A stretch of 64,000 nucleotides of DNA from Acidobacteriota bacterium (GTDB lineage: Bacteria > Acidobacteriota > Terriglobia > Bryobacterales > Bryobacteraceae). Both the position numbers and the translations under genes were made by a program. The notes below the pieces were generated by a model, which saw nothing but the letters and a program-made list of their open reading frames with translations, was not told the origin of the DNA and made no database searches. How positions within the stretch are numbered: position 1 is the stretch's first letter; each line of letters begins with the position of its first letter. Shown in pieces: positions 54,698-62,986 of the stretch. Location of the stretch: assembly GCA_050261515.1 (NCBI GenBank), contig JBLNDJ010000024.1:5849-69848 (forward strand), given 5' to 3'.

Positions 54698-57085
54698 ATG
54701 CGCAGACCTCCATTCGTCCTGCGCGGTTTAGTCCTGTTTGGGTTAACCACGGCACCGGCAGTCCTGGCCGGTTCAATCAACGCAACCGCCGCTTTGAGCA
54801 GGCAGGGATCCCGCGATGAATTATCCGCGTTGGCCGCCGCCAACAAAACGCTCGCCGTTGCGATCGTCGCGCCCGCGGCAAATGCCAGCGTGACGGGAAC
54901 GGTGGTGATTCAGGCGACAGCCTCGGGCTCTCCACCGGTCGCGGGAGTGCAGTTCCAGTTGGACGGCGCACCGCTCGGCGCGGAAATCACCAAGCTGCCG
55001 TACTCCTATTCATGGAACACCGGCGCCACTGCGGGAGGGACGCACACACTGACGGCGGTGGCGCGGGACAAGACGGGCAACAGGGTGGTCAGCGCGCCGG
55101 TTACGGTGAACGTGGCCGCGGCGGACAGGACGGCGCCCACCGTCTCGATTATTTCACCCGCCAACGGGGCGACCGTGTCGGGCACGGTGACGATCATTGC
55201 ATCGGCTTCCGATAATGTGGGCGTCAAGAGCGTGCAGTTCAAGGTGGACGGCAGCGCGATCGGAACCGCGACCGGCGCGCCTTACAGCGCGGTGTGGAAC
55301 GCCAGCGCCGCGGCGCCCGGCTCGCATACGCTGGCCGCGGTGGCGAGCGATGCCGCCGGGAATTCCGCGAGCGCCTCGGTAAGCGTCGTAATTCCGGCGC
55401 AGGCCCCCGGCGCGCCGGTGCTTGTCTCCCCGGCGAACGGCGCGACCGGCGTGGCAGCGCCTGTGAACCTGACCTGGAACGGCGTTTCCGGCGCGACGTC
55501 GTACGCGGTCTATTTCGGCCAGTCCTCGCCGCCGCCGCTGGCCGCGACAACGACGGCGACGAGCTACACGGCCGCTTCCCTGGCGGCGGGCGCGAAGTAC
55601 TACTGGTCGGTCGCCGCGAAGAACGATGGGGGCACGACGGCTTCGGCCATTTACAGCTTCACGGCCGGCGGCAGCGGCGGCAGCGGCGGCTCGGTGCTCT
55701 CCTATAACTCGCCCTACTGCGGGCCGTCCGGCGGCTCCACCCCATGGGCCTGCGGCGCATGGCCCAGCACCACGCCTCCGACGCTCGGCCCGGCGGGCAG
55801 CAAGACGACCGACCCCGATACGGGGAACCGCGTCCTGCGCGTCACCCAGTCCGGATCCTTCGGCGAGAACGCCTCGACCGCGTTCAAGGTGTTCGACGCC
55901 GGCTGGAAGCGCGCCTGGAACGCCGACAGCACGAAGTTCTTCGCCTTTTCCTGGAGCACCAGCGCCAGCCTGATCAAGCACTACATCAACTGGGTCGGAT
56001 TCGACCCGGCCACGATGTCGCTGACCGGCGCGAGCGCCGCGGTCCCATACCAGTTCGCCGACGTTCAATGGGACGAGAGCGATCCCGACCTCGTCGTCGG
56101 AGTGGTAAATGGTGTCGCCAAGACCTACAACGTCGTTACCGGCGTCTGGACCACGGTGTTCGACCCGAACTCGGTCCAGTGGGGCGGCACGCCGTGGATC
56201 ACCGAGTGGAACGGCGGCCGCGTCTGCTTCGCCGCGGGACCGCAGGACACCGGCTACCGCCTGGCCTGCTACGACCGCCGGAGCGGCGCGACGCAGGTGA
56301 TCGACCTGCACGCCCAAACCATCAACGGCCGAAACTTCCCCGTCTACTTTCAGGGCAACCCCGTGATTCTGCCGGCGGGCGTGGGCGTCCACACCATCAC
56401 GCTCGCCCCGGACGGCAAGTGGCTCGCCATCGACACGCACGGCAACAGCCTGTGCAGCGTTCCCGGCCTGACCAACTACGCGTCCACGTCCCTGTTCGTG
56501 AATCTCGAAACCCAAGTTGGCTACGAGTGGAACGTGGGTTGCGGCTCCACGCATTGGGCGTACGGCTTCGACAGCGTCATGGCCCAAAGCGCGAGCACCC
56601 GCTGGACCCGGACCGGGGCCGACGGCGCATGCAGCTCCGACGGGCGCGGCGTTCTTCGCCGCAACACGGACGCCGAGGCCGATTCGAGCATCGTCCAAAC
56701 GGTGCCTTGCAAGTCCTTCAGCCCGGCGACGTGGAGCATCGGCGTGCACCTGTCGTGGCTGAACAACCTCAACGACGAGAACGCGAACAACTACCCGGTG
56801 CTGCTGGCGACCACGAACTCCGGCGTCGCGAATTCGTTCCTGTGGAGCGACATCGCGGCTATTGAGATCGGGGCGCAGGCATACCAGGGCCGCCTCTGGC
56901 GTTTCGCCCAGACGTGGAACGACCAGATCTCCACGCAATGCAGCTTCCTGGGCTACTCGAGCCCGTCGATCTCGCGCGACGGAAAGTGGGCGCTGTTCCC
57001 ATCCAACTGGCGCGGGCAGACCGGGTCGAACGGCATCTGCGCGAACGGGAAGCGCACGGACCTGTTCCTGTTCGAGTTGAAGTAG
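54698..57085 (+). CDS. Secreted protein: two Ig-like repeats plus an FN3-like domain plus an uncharacterised Trp-rich domain of about 460 aa, 795 aa
   Basis: Signal peptide MRRPPFVLRGLVLFGLTTAPAVLAGS. Two homologous repeats of about 90 aa (I.APA.NASVTGTV.I.A.AS....GVQF.LDG...G......PYS..WN......G.HTL.AVA.D..GN). An FN3-like LVSPANGATGV..LTWNGVSGATSYAVYFG. A GSGGSGGS linker. Confidence 0.7.
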   Translation: MRRPPFVLRGLVLFGLTTAPAVLAGSINATAALSRQGSRDELSALAAANKTLAVAIVAPAANASVTGTVVIQATASGSPPVAGVQFQLDGAPLGAEITKLPYSYSWNTGATAGGTHTLTAVARDKTGNRVVSAPVTVNVAAADRTAPTVSIISPANGATVSGTVTIIASASDNVGVKSVQFKVDGSAIGTATGAPYSAVWNASAAAPGSHTLAAVASDAAGNSASASVSVVIPAQAPGAPVLVSPANGATGVAAPVNLTWNGVSGATSYAVYFGQSSPPPLAATTTATSYTAASLAAGAKYYWSVAAKNDGGTTASAIYSFTAGGSGGSGGSVLSYNSPYCGPSGGSTPWACGAWPSTTPPTLGPAGSKTTDPDTGNRVLRVTQSGSFGENASTAFKVFDAGWKRAWNADSTKFFAFSWSTSASLIKHYINWVGFDPATMSLTGASAAVPYQFADVQWDESDPDLVVGVVNGVAKTYNVVTGVWTTVFDPNSVQWGGTPWITEWNGGRVCFAAGPQDTGYRLACYDRRSGATQVIDLHAQTINGRNFPVYFQGNPVILPAGVGVHTITLAPDGKWLAIDTHGNSLCSVPGLTNYASTSLFVNLETQVGYEWNVGCGSTHWAYGFDSVMAQSASTRWTRTGADGACSSDGRGVLRRNTDAEADSSIVQTVPCKSFSPATWSIGVHLSWLNNLNDENANNYPVLLATTNSGVANSFLWSDIAAIEIGAQAYQGRLWRFAQTWNDQISTQCSFLGYSSPSISRDGKWALFPSNWRGQTGSNGICANGKRTDLFLFELK

Positions 57086-57090
57086 ACTCC

Positions 57091-57108
57091 GGGGCGGCCG
57101 GCCGCCCC
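57091..57108. terminator. Perfect 18-nt GC palindrome (hairpin) 6 nt after the stop of the Ig-like protein gene
   Basis: ggggcggccggccgcccc is its own reverse complement. No T-run follows, so terminator function is uncertain. Confidence 0.35.
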
Positions 57109-57149
57109 CTCCTCGCCACCTGCTATCCTGCAAGTAACCAGGGGGGGAC

Positions 57150-58679
57150 GTGCTCGCAGTGCGGCTCGCGGAACTCGAGCGATGCCGGGAGAATTACTGG
57201 CTCCGTTACCCGAAAACCTCGCCGATCCGGTTGAGGTGGCGCGCGCTTGCCGTGCGCCATTCCTTTCACGTGCTGCCGGGCGAATCGATCCTGGAGATCG
57301 GGGCGGGTTCGGGGCTGTGGACCGGACACGTCACGCGGGTGCTGCGGGGCGAGAACCCGATCACCATGGCCGTGTTCAACGACGCGCTCGCGTCGCGGGC
57401 CGCGGCGAAGCAGATCCCCAACACGCGCGTGGTGCGTGTCGACGATCTCGAGGCCGACCTGCCGGCCGGGAGCTTCGATTACGTCATCGGCACCGCCATC
57501 CTGTGCCACGACCGCTACGCTGAGAACCTGCGCGCCATCCATCGCCTGCTGAAGCCCGGCGGCCAGATTTTCTTCTTCGAGGCGAATTTCTGGAACCCGC
57601 AGGTGTTCGTGAAGAGTATCCTGCCGCCGGTCCGGCGGTGGGCGGGCGACGCGTCCTGCCAGTCCGGCATGCGGCGCTTCAAGCTGATGCACGCGGCCTC
57701 GCAGCAGGGCTTCACGGAAATTCAGGTCATCCCGTACGACATCGTCCATCCGCTTACGCCTGCGCCGGTGATCGAGACGCTCCAGTCGGTCGCGTTCCTG
57801 CTCGAGCATGCGCCGGCGGTGCAGTCGGTCTGCGGCAGCCTGTACATCTGGGCGAAGAAGCCGGGTGACGAACAGGCGCGGCGGCCCGCGGTGAACTTCG
57901 CGACCAACCCCGAGCTGTTCGATTCCACGTCGGTGGTCGTGCCCTGCCGCAACGAGGAGATGAACGTGGCGCGCCTGGCGCGCGCGCTGCTCGCGATGTA
58001 CGGCGGCTACATTCGCGAAATCCTGATCGTGGACGACAACAGCACGGACGGCACCGCCCGGGTCACGCGCGAACTGGCGCGCACGGAGCCGCGTGTGAAG
58101 CTGCTCGAGCGCCGCCCGCCGGGCGGCGTGGGCCGCGCGCTCGCCGAGGGATACGCCGCCGCCACGGGCCGCTACATCCTGACGATGGACAGCGACTTCG
58201 CGCTCATCGTCCCGGAGCTGCGCGACATGTTCCAGGCGATCGGGGAAGGCGCCGACGGCGCCATCGGCAGCCGGTTCTCGCACGAATCCGTGCTCATCAA
58301 TTACCCGTTCACGAAGATTCTGTGCAACCGCGCGTTCCACCTGATCATGAACCTCCTGCTGGGCACGGGCATGCGCGACGTGTCGAACAACCTGAAACTG
58401 TACCGCGCCGAAATTCTGAAGAACCTGCGGATTGAGGAGGACCATTTCGCGGCGAATGTCGAGACGGGGTTGAAGCCGGTGCTCGCAGGGTGGGACATTC
58501 GCGAAGTTCCGATTTCGTGGATCAACCGCACGGTGGACATGGGCAAGTCGTCGTTCGAGATCGCGGGCGTGGCGCCGGATTACGCGGCGGCGCTTGCCCG
58601 CATCGTCCGCCAGGCATGGAAGGCGAAACGCGCGAACGCGCTCGCGGCCGGCGGCGCCGAGGCGCGCCCGCATGCGTGA
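57150..58679 (+). CDS. Fusion protein: class I SAM-dependent methyltransferase (N) plus family 2 glycosyltransferase (C), 509 aa
   Basis: N-terminal part: ILEIGAGSGLWTGHV (motif I) and LLKPGGQIFFFE. C-terminal part: VVVPCRNEEMNVARL...ILIVDDNSTDGT...ILTMDSDF (GT2 DxD). GTG start at 57150. Confidence 0.8.
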   Translation: MLAVRLAELERCRENYWLRYPKTSPIRLRWRALAVRHSFHVLPGESILEIGAGSGLWTGHVTRVLRGENPITMAVFNDALASRAAAKQIPNTRVVRVDDLEADLPAGSFDYVIGTAILCHDRYAENLRAIHRLLKPGGQIFFFEANFWNPQVFVKSILPPVRRWAGDASCQSGMRRFKLMHAASQQGFTEIQVIPYDIVHPLTPAPVIETLQSVAFLLEHAPAVQSVCGSLYIWAKKPGDEQARRPAVNFATNPELFDSTSVVVPCRNEEMNVARLARALLAMYGGYIREILIVDDNSTDGTARVTRELARTEPRVKLLERRPPGGVGRALAEGYAAATGRYILTMDSDFALIVPELRDMFQAIGEGADGAIGSRFSHESVLINYPFTKILCNRAFHLIMNLLLGTGMRDVSNNLKLYRAEILKNLRIEEDHFAANVETGLKPVLAGWDIREVPISWINRTVDMGKSSFEIAGVAPDYAAALARIVRQAWKAKRANALAAGGAEARPHA

Positions 58680-60108
58680 GGCGGCGGCCGCGCTCTGGTT
58701 CACCATCATCTATCTGCCCGCGACGCTGCTCATTGCCTGGCGCAGGCCGCTGTGGAACGACGAGATGTTCACCTGGTACATTGCCGGGCGGCCGCGCATC
58801 GGCGACATCTGGACCGCGCTGCTGACGGGCGCCGAGCAGATTCCGCCGGCGTTCTACTGGATCACGCGGCCGTTCGTGGGCCACGCCGAGTGGGCGATGC
58901 GGCTGCCCGAGATTCTCGGATTCTGGCTGATGGGCGTGTGCGTGATCGCGATCGTGGCGCGCCGCGCGCCCGCCGCCTATGGCCTTGTTGCGGCGCTGGC
59001 GGCGCTGTTCACGGGCGCGTACCCGTATGCCTACGAGGGGCGGCCCTACGGGATCGTGCTGGGGCTCGCGGCGCTGGCGCTGCTGGCCTGGCAGCGCGGA
59101 TGGACGGCCGCGCTCGCCCTCGCGCTCGCCGCCGCCGTCTCCGTGCACTACTACGCGGTGCTGCTGTTTGCGCCGCTTGCCGCGGGGGAAGCGGTTCGCA
59201 CATGGCGCGCGGGCCGTCTCCAATGGCGCGTGTGGGCCGCACTCGCGGCCGGCGCCGCGCCGCTCGTTGCCTGGCTGCCGCTGATCCGCGGCGCGCGGTC
59301 GTATTCGGGAACATTCTGGGCCCGGCCCGGCTACGGCTCACTCGCGGAATTCCTGCCGTTCCTATTCGACTTCCGGGCGCTGCCGCTCGCCGTTGTTCTG
59401 ATCGCGGCGGGCGCATGGCTGCTGGCGCGCCCGAAATCCGTGGCGCCGGGCGAAGCGACGCCGCTCGAGGAAACCGCCGCCGCGGTCGGATTCATGGCGC
59501 TCCCCGTGCTCGCGGTCGCGATCGGAAAGGCGGCCACAGGCGCCTATGCGCACCGCTACGCGCTCGCCGCCGCGGCCGGGTTCTGCGTGTTCGCGGCCTG
59601 GGCACTGGCGGCGATCTTCGGCGGCCGCACGCGCCCCGCCCTCGCGATCGCCGCGCCGCTGTCCGTCCTGTTCTTCGCGCGCGCCGCGTGGGATTACCGG
59701 GAGGCCTCGCGCCAGGCCGCCCGTCACGCGCACATGATCGAGTATCTGGAGAGCCGCGCGGAGGCCGCGCTCCCGATCGTGATCGCCGATCCGCACGTGT
59801 TCTTCGAGCTCTCGCACTACGCGCCGCGCCCGCTCGCCCGGCGCCTGCGCTACTACGCCGACGCGAAGCTCGCGCGCCGGTACGTGGGAACGGACACCGT
59901 CGATCGCGGGCTGCTTGCCATGCGCCAGTGGGCGCCGCTCGACGTGGAGCCGTTCCCCCCGCGCGAGCGCGAGTTCCTCATCTACGGGCACCCGTCAGTC
60001 TACGCATGGCTGGTGCCGGAGCTCGCCCGCCGCGGTTTCCCAATGGAGATCACCGGTTCGATCGAAGAGCGCCTCCTGGTGCGGGCCGGTGCTCCAGGTG
60101 CTCGTTGA
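58672..60108 (+). CDS. Polytopic membrane protein, GT-C-like (GT39/PMT_2-type) glycosyltransferase candidate, 478 aa
   Basis: The ATG at 58672 overlaps the upstream stop by 8 nt. About 10-11 TM segments in the first roughly 350 aa, then a soluble C-terminal domain. The first loop motif PLWNDEMFTWYIA resembles the DE-containing loop of GT-C enzymes. Confidence 0.6.
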   Translation: MREAAAALWFTIIYLPATLLIAWRRPLWNDEMFTWYIAGRPRIGDIWTALLTGAEQIPPAFYWITRPFVGHAEWAMRLPEILGFWLMGVCVIAIVARRAPAAYGLVAALAALFTGAYPYAYEGRPYGIVLGLAALALLAWQRGWTAALALALAAAVSVHYYAVLLFAPLAAGEAVRTWRAGRLQWRVWAALAAGAAPLVAWLPLIRGARSYSGTFWARPGYGSLAEFLPFLFDFRALPLAVVLIAAGAWLLARPKSVAPGEATPLEETAAAVGFMALPVLAVAIGKAATGAYAHRYALAAAAGFCVFAAWALAAIFGGRTRPALAIAAPLSVLFFARAAWDYREASRQAARHAHMIEYLESRAEAALPIVIADPHVFFELSHYAPRPLARRLRYYADAKLARRYVGTDTVDRGLLAMRQWAPLDVEPFPPREREFLIYGHPSVYAWLVPELARRGFPMEITGSIEERLLVRAGAPGAR

Positions 60109-61249
60109 GCAGCTCCAGGACATAGTGCACGGCCTTGGTCGCAATCAGGATCAGCGCAGTCGAGAAGCAGAACGACATCGCGATGAAGCGCGACCAGTGC
60201 TCGTAAGTTGCGCCCGTCCGCACCAGCTCAATCAGGCTCGGCATAACCAGCAACAGCCCGGCCGTCATGAGCGCCGCGGGAACCGCCCAGAACGCGCCGC
60301 TTGCGAAAAACGCCGTCACCGGATCGCGCAGGCTGCCGCGCCCGAGTGCGATGCGCACGATGCGCTCGGAGATGTAGGCCGCCGAGAGCATCAGCACCGC
60401 GTTCGTTCCCGCCAGATGGCTCACAATGAACCGGTAGATCATCCACTCCTGGACGGAACGGTGCGCCAGGTAATACTCGGCCGGCATGGTCATCAGCGCC
60501 ACCGCGAGCGCGAGCGACAACAAGGCCAGCAGGGTGAGCGGGCGCCAGGGGCGGTAGAGGAACACCATGTCGAGAATCGCCTTCAGGAACCGCAGGCCGT
60601 CCTTGCCGACTTTGAGCTTGGACTGTCCCTCGCGCTCGCGGTACGGCATTTCGATTTCGACCAGCTTCACGCCGCCGCTCATCAGCGCGCGCGCCGTCAT
60701 GGCGGGGGTGAACTGCAAGCCATCGGGCAGCGGCAGCAGCCCGGCGAGCACATCGCGCCGCACCACGCGCATGCCGCTCGCCGTGTCGCGCACCGGAACG
60801 CGCGCGAACGCGCTCAGCAGCAGCGCGTAAAGCACGTTCCCCATGCGCCGCACCGGCGGCATTTTGCTGGCAGGGCTCAGGCGGCTACCGAGCGCCACGC
60901 CGGCGCGCTCCCGCTCGAGCGCCGCGCACAGGTCCTCGAAGAACATGGGATCGCAGGTGCCGTCCGCGTCGAGGAATCCGAGCAGCTCGGCGTCGCTGCG
61001 GCTCCAGGCTTCCTTGATCGCCGCCCCGTATCCGCGGTTGCGCTCGAACACGATGAGGCGGATTGGCCCCTCGTGGCGCCGCGCGAGTTCGACCGTGCGG
61101 TCCGTAGAGCCGTCGCTGACGACGGTGATCTCGACTTCGGACACGGTTCCGTGCCGGGGCAGGCGCTCCTTGGCCTCCAGACACCGCACGATGGTGCTTT
61201 CGATGGCGGCTTCTTCGTTATAGGCGGGAACCGCAATCAGAAGTTTCAT
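60050..61249 (-). CDS. Family 2 glycosyltransferase with about 4 C-terminal TM helices (polyprenyl-phosphate sugar synthase type: GtrB/ArnC/Ppm1-like), 399 aa
   Basis: MKLLIAVPAYNEEAAI...VVSDGSTDRT...ERNRGYGAAIK...FLDADGTCDP (GT2 core), followed by four hydrophobic helices. Its 3' end overlaps the convergent gene by 59 nt. Confidence 0.8.
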   Translation of the reverse strand: MKLLIAVPAYNEEAAIESTIVRCLEAKERLPRHGTVSEVEITVVSDGSTDRTVELARRHEGPIRLIVFERNRGYGAAIKEAWSRSDAELLGFLDADGTCDPMFFEDLCAALERERAGVALGSRLSPASKMPPVRRMGNVLYALLLSAFARVPVRDTASGMRVVRRDVLAGLLPLPDGLQFTPAMTARALMSGGVKLVEIEMPYREREGQSKLKVGKDGLRFLKAILDMVFLYRPWRPLTLLALLSLALAVALMTMPAEYYLAHRSVQEWMIYRFIVSHLAGTNAVLMLSAAYISERIVRIALGRGSLRDPVTAFFASGAFWAVPAALMTAGLLLVMPSLIELVRTGATYEHWSRFIAMSFCFSTALILIATKAVHYVLELLNEHLEHRPAPGGALRSNR

Positions 61250-61288
61250 CCCAGCAGACTCTGAGCGGCCTATATTAAAATCCTAGCA

Positions 61289-62986
61289 TTGAGGGGCCGG
61301 CGCGACGCGATCTACATCACCGCATTGCTGCTTCTGACGGCCCTCACGTGGCTGCCGCGGCGAAGCGGTCCCATCGAGATGCGGTGGGACGCGGGAATTT
61401 ACTACATTCTCGGCACCTCCCTCGAGCAGGGCAGCGGGTACCGCCTGTTGAACGAGCCGGGAGAGATTCGCGCGGTTCAGTATCCGCCGCTTGTGCCCGC
61501 CATCATAGCGCTCCATGAACGCGCGCTCGGCACGAACGACCCCGCCCGTGCCGGCCGTTGGCTGAAGCTCACCTGGTTCCTTCTGTTCGCGATCCTTATG
61601 GCCGGAACGTATTTCCTGTTCAAACGCTACGCGGGGCCGGGCCGGGCGTTCGTAGGCGCGGCGCTTTGCGCGCTCAATTTCCAGCTCTATTTCCATTCAA
61701 GCCAGTGCGCGGCGGAACTGCCGTTCGCAGTCGCCGCGGTCGGGTTTCTGCTGGCGAACAGGAAGGACGCGCGGCCGGTCGACGACGCCATTGCCGGCAT
61801 CGCCGCCGTCGCGGCGTTTCTCGCGCGCACGATCGGGATTGCGCTGCTCGGCGCATGGGTCGCCGACGCGCTGCTGCGGAGAAAGTTCCGGCGCGCGGCC
61901 GTTCGCGGCCTGGTGGCGCTCGCGCCGGTGCTGCTCTGGAACGGCTACATACGGTCGGTCGAGCGCTCGCCCGAGTACCGCAACCCCGCGTATCCGTATC
62001 AGCGCGCGGGCTACGTGTTCTACAACGTCAGCTACGCGGAGAACATGAAGTACAAGGACCCGTTCCGTCCCGAGCTAGGCCTGGCCGGCCCGCGGGACAT
62101 GGCCGCCCGCTTCTTCGGCAACGTTGCCAGGCTCCCCGCGAGCCTGGGAGCGGCCGTGACGTCGCACGAAGGCTACTGGGACCTGGAGCGCAAGGCCGTC
62201 AACAGGCGCGCCGGGTTCACGCTAATCCCCACCTGGCTCATGACGGCCGCGCTCATCGCCGCCGGCTGCCTGGTGCTTGCGGGAACGGTCCTGCTGTTCG
62301 TGCGCCGCGACTGGCCGATCGCGCTGTCGATCGCCGCCACGCTCGCCGCCGCCTGTCTGACTCCCTGGCCTACGCAGATCACGCGCTACGTCACGCCCAT
62401 CATACCCATGCTGCTCATCGCCGTGTTCGCGCTTTTTGGTGCGATCCGTCCGCGCCGCCGCGCGTGGAGGCTCGCGGCGCGCGCGCTGCTGCTGTTCGTT
62501 TTCGTCGAACTCGCCGCGACTTACTATCTCGCCCACACTCTTTACTTCGGAACCGTGCGAGGCCGCAAAGGCGCCGTGTACCACCAACTTGTATACAGCG
62601 CGGCCGACCGCGCCCTGGACGACTCGGCCGATTGGATTGCCGCCCACGCCCGCCCTTCGGACATCGTCGCCGCGTCGATGCCGGGGTGGATCTCGCTGCG
62701 GACCGGCCTGAAGACGGTGCTGCAACCCCTCGAAGCGTCCCCGGAGAAGGCGCAGGCGCTGCTCGAGTCGGTCCCGGTGCGATATCTCATCGTCGAAGAT
62801 CCGAGCAGCCTGACCAGCTTCGCCTGGACTTACATGACAGCGGTGCTGGGTAAGTACCCCGATAAGTGGAGACTGGTTTACGAATCCGGGGACCGGCGTG
62901 TCCGGGTGTATGAGTGGGGCGGGCCGTCCGCGCGCCAGGAGGTCCGCCCCACGCCGGCGCGGCGCCGCTTCTCCCGCATGGGATAA
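61289..62986 (+). CDS. Polytopic membrane protein, GT-C-like glycosyltransferase candidate with a C-terminal soluble domain, 565 aa
   Basis: TTG start at 61289 keeps the first TM (AIYITALLLLTALTWL). The next in-frame ATG (61379) would delete it. The loop MRWDAGIYYILG...VQYPPLVPAII resembles ArnT/PMT_2 first-loop motifs. About 11 TM segments. Confidence 0.55.
   Translation: MRGRRDAIYITALLLLTALTWLPRRSGPIEMRWDAGIYYILGTSLEQGSGYRLLNEPGEIRAVQYPPLVPAIIALHERALGTNDPARAGRWLKLTWFLLFAILMAGTYFLFKRYAGPGRAFVGAALCALNFQLYFHSSQCAAELPFAVAAVGFLLANRKDARPVDDAIAGIAAVAAFLARTIGIALLGAWVADALLRRKFRRAAVRGLVALAPVLLWNGYIRSVERSPEYRNPAYPYQRAGYVFYNVSYAENMKYKDPFRPELGLAGPRDMAARFFGNVARLPASLGAAVTSHEGYWDLERKAVNRRAGFTLIPTWLMTAALIAAGCLVLAGTVLLFVRRDWPIALSIAATLAAACLTPWPTQITRYVTPIIPMLLIAVFALFGAIRPRRRAWRLAARALLLFVFVELAATYYLAHTLYFGTVRGRKGAVYHQLVYSAADRALDDSADWIAAHARPSDIVAASMPGWISLRTGLKTVLQPLEASPEKAQALLESVPVRYLIVEDPSSLTSFAWTYMTAVLGKYPDKWRLVYESGDRRVRVYEWGGPSARQEVRPTPARRRFSRMG

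Noticed and set aside
57091-57108. The perfect 18-nt GC palindrome as a protein-binding operator.
   Set aside because: It sits 6 nt after a stop codon and is pure G/C, so it is most simply a transcript-end hairpin. Similar CCGGCC-based hairpins follow other genes, for example 38963-38982 after the NHL gene.
57917-57926. A tRNA T-arm-like string (gttcgattcc).
   Set aside because: It lies inside the methyltransferase-GT2 coding frame, and no acceptor stem, D-arm or anticodon arm can be drawn around it. I recognised no tRNA, rRNA or tmRNA in the window.
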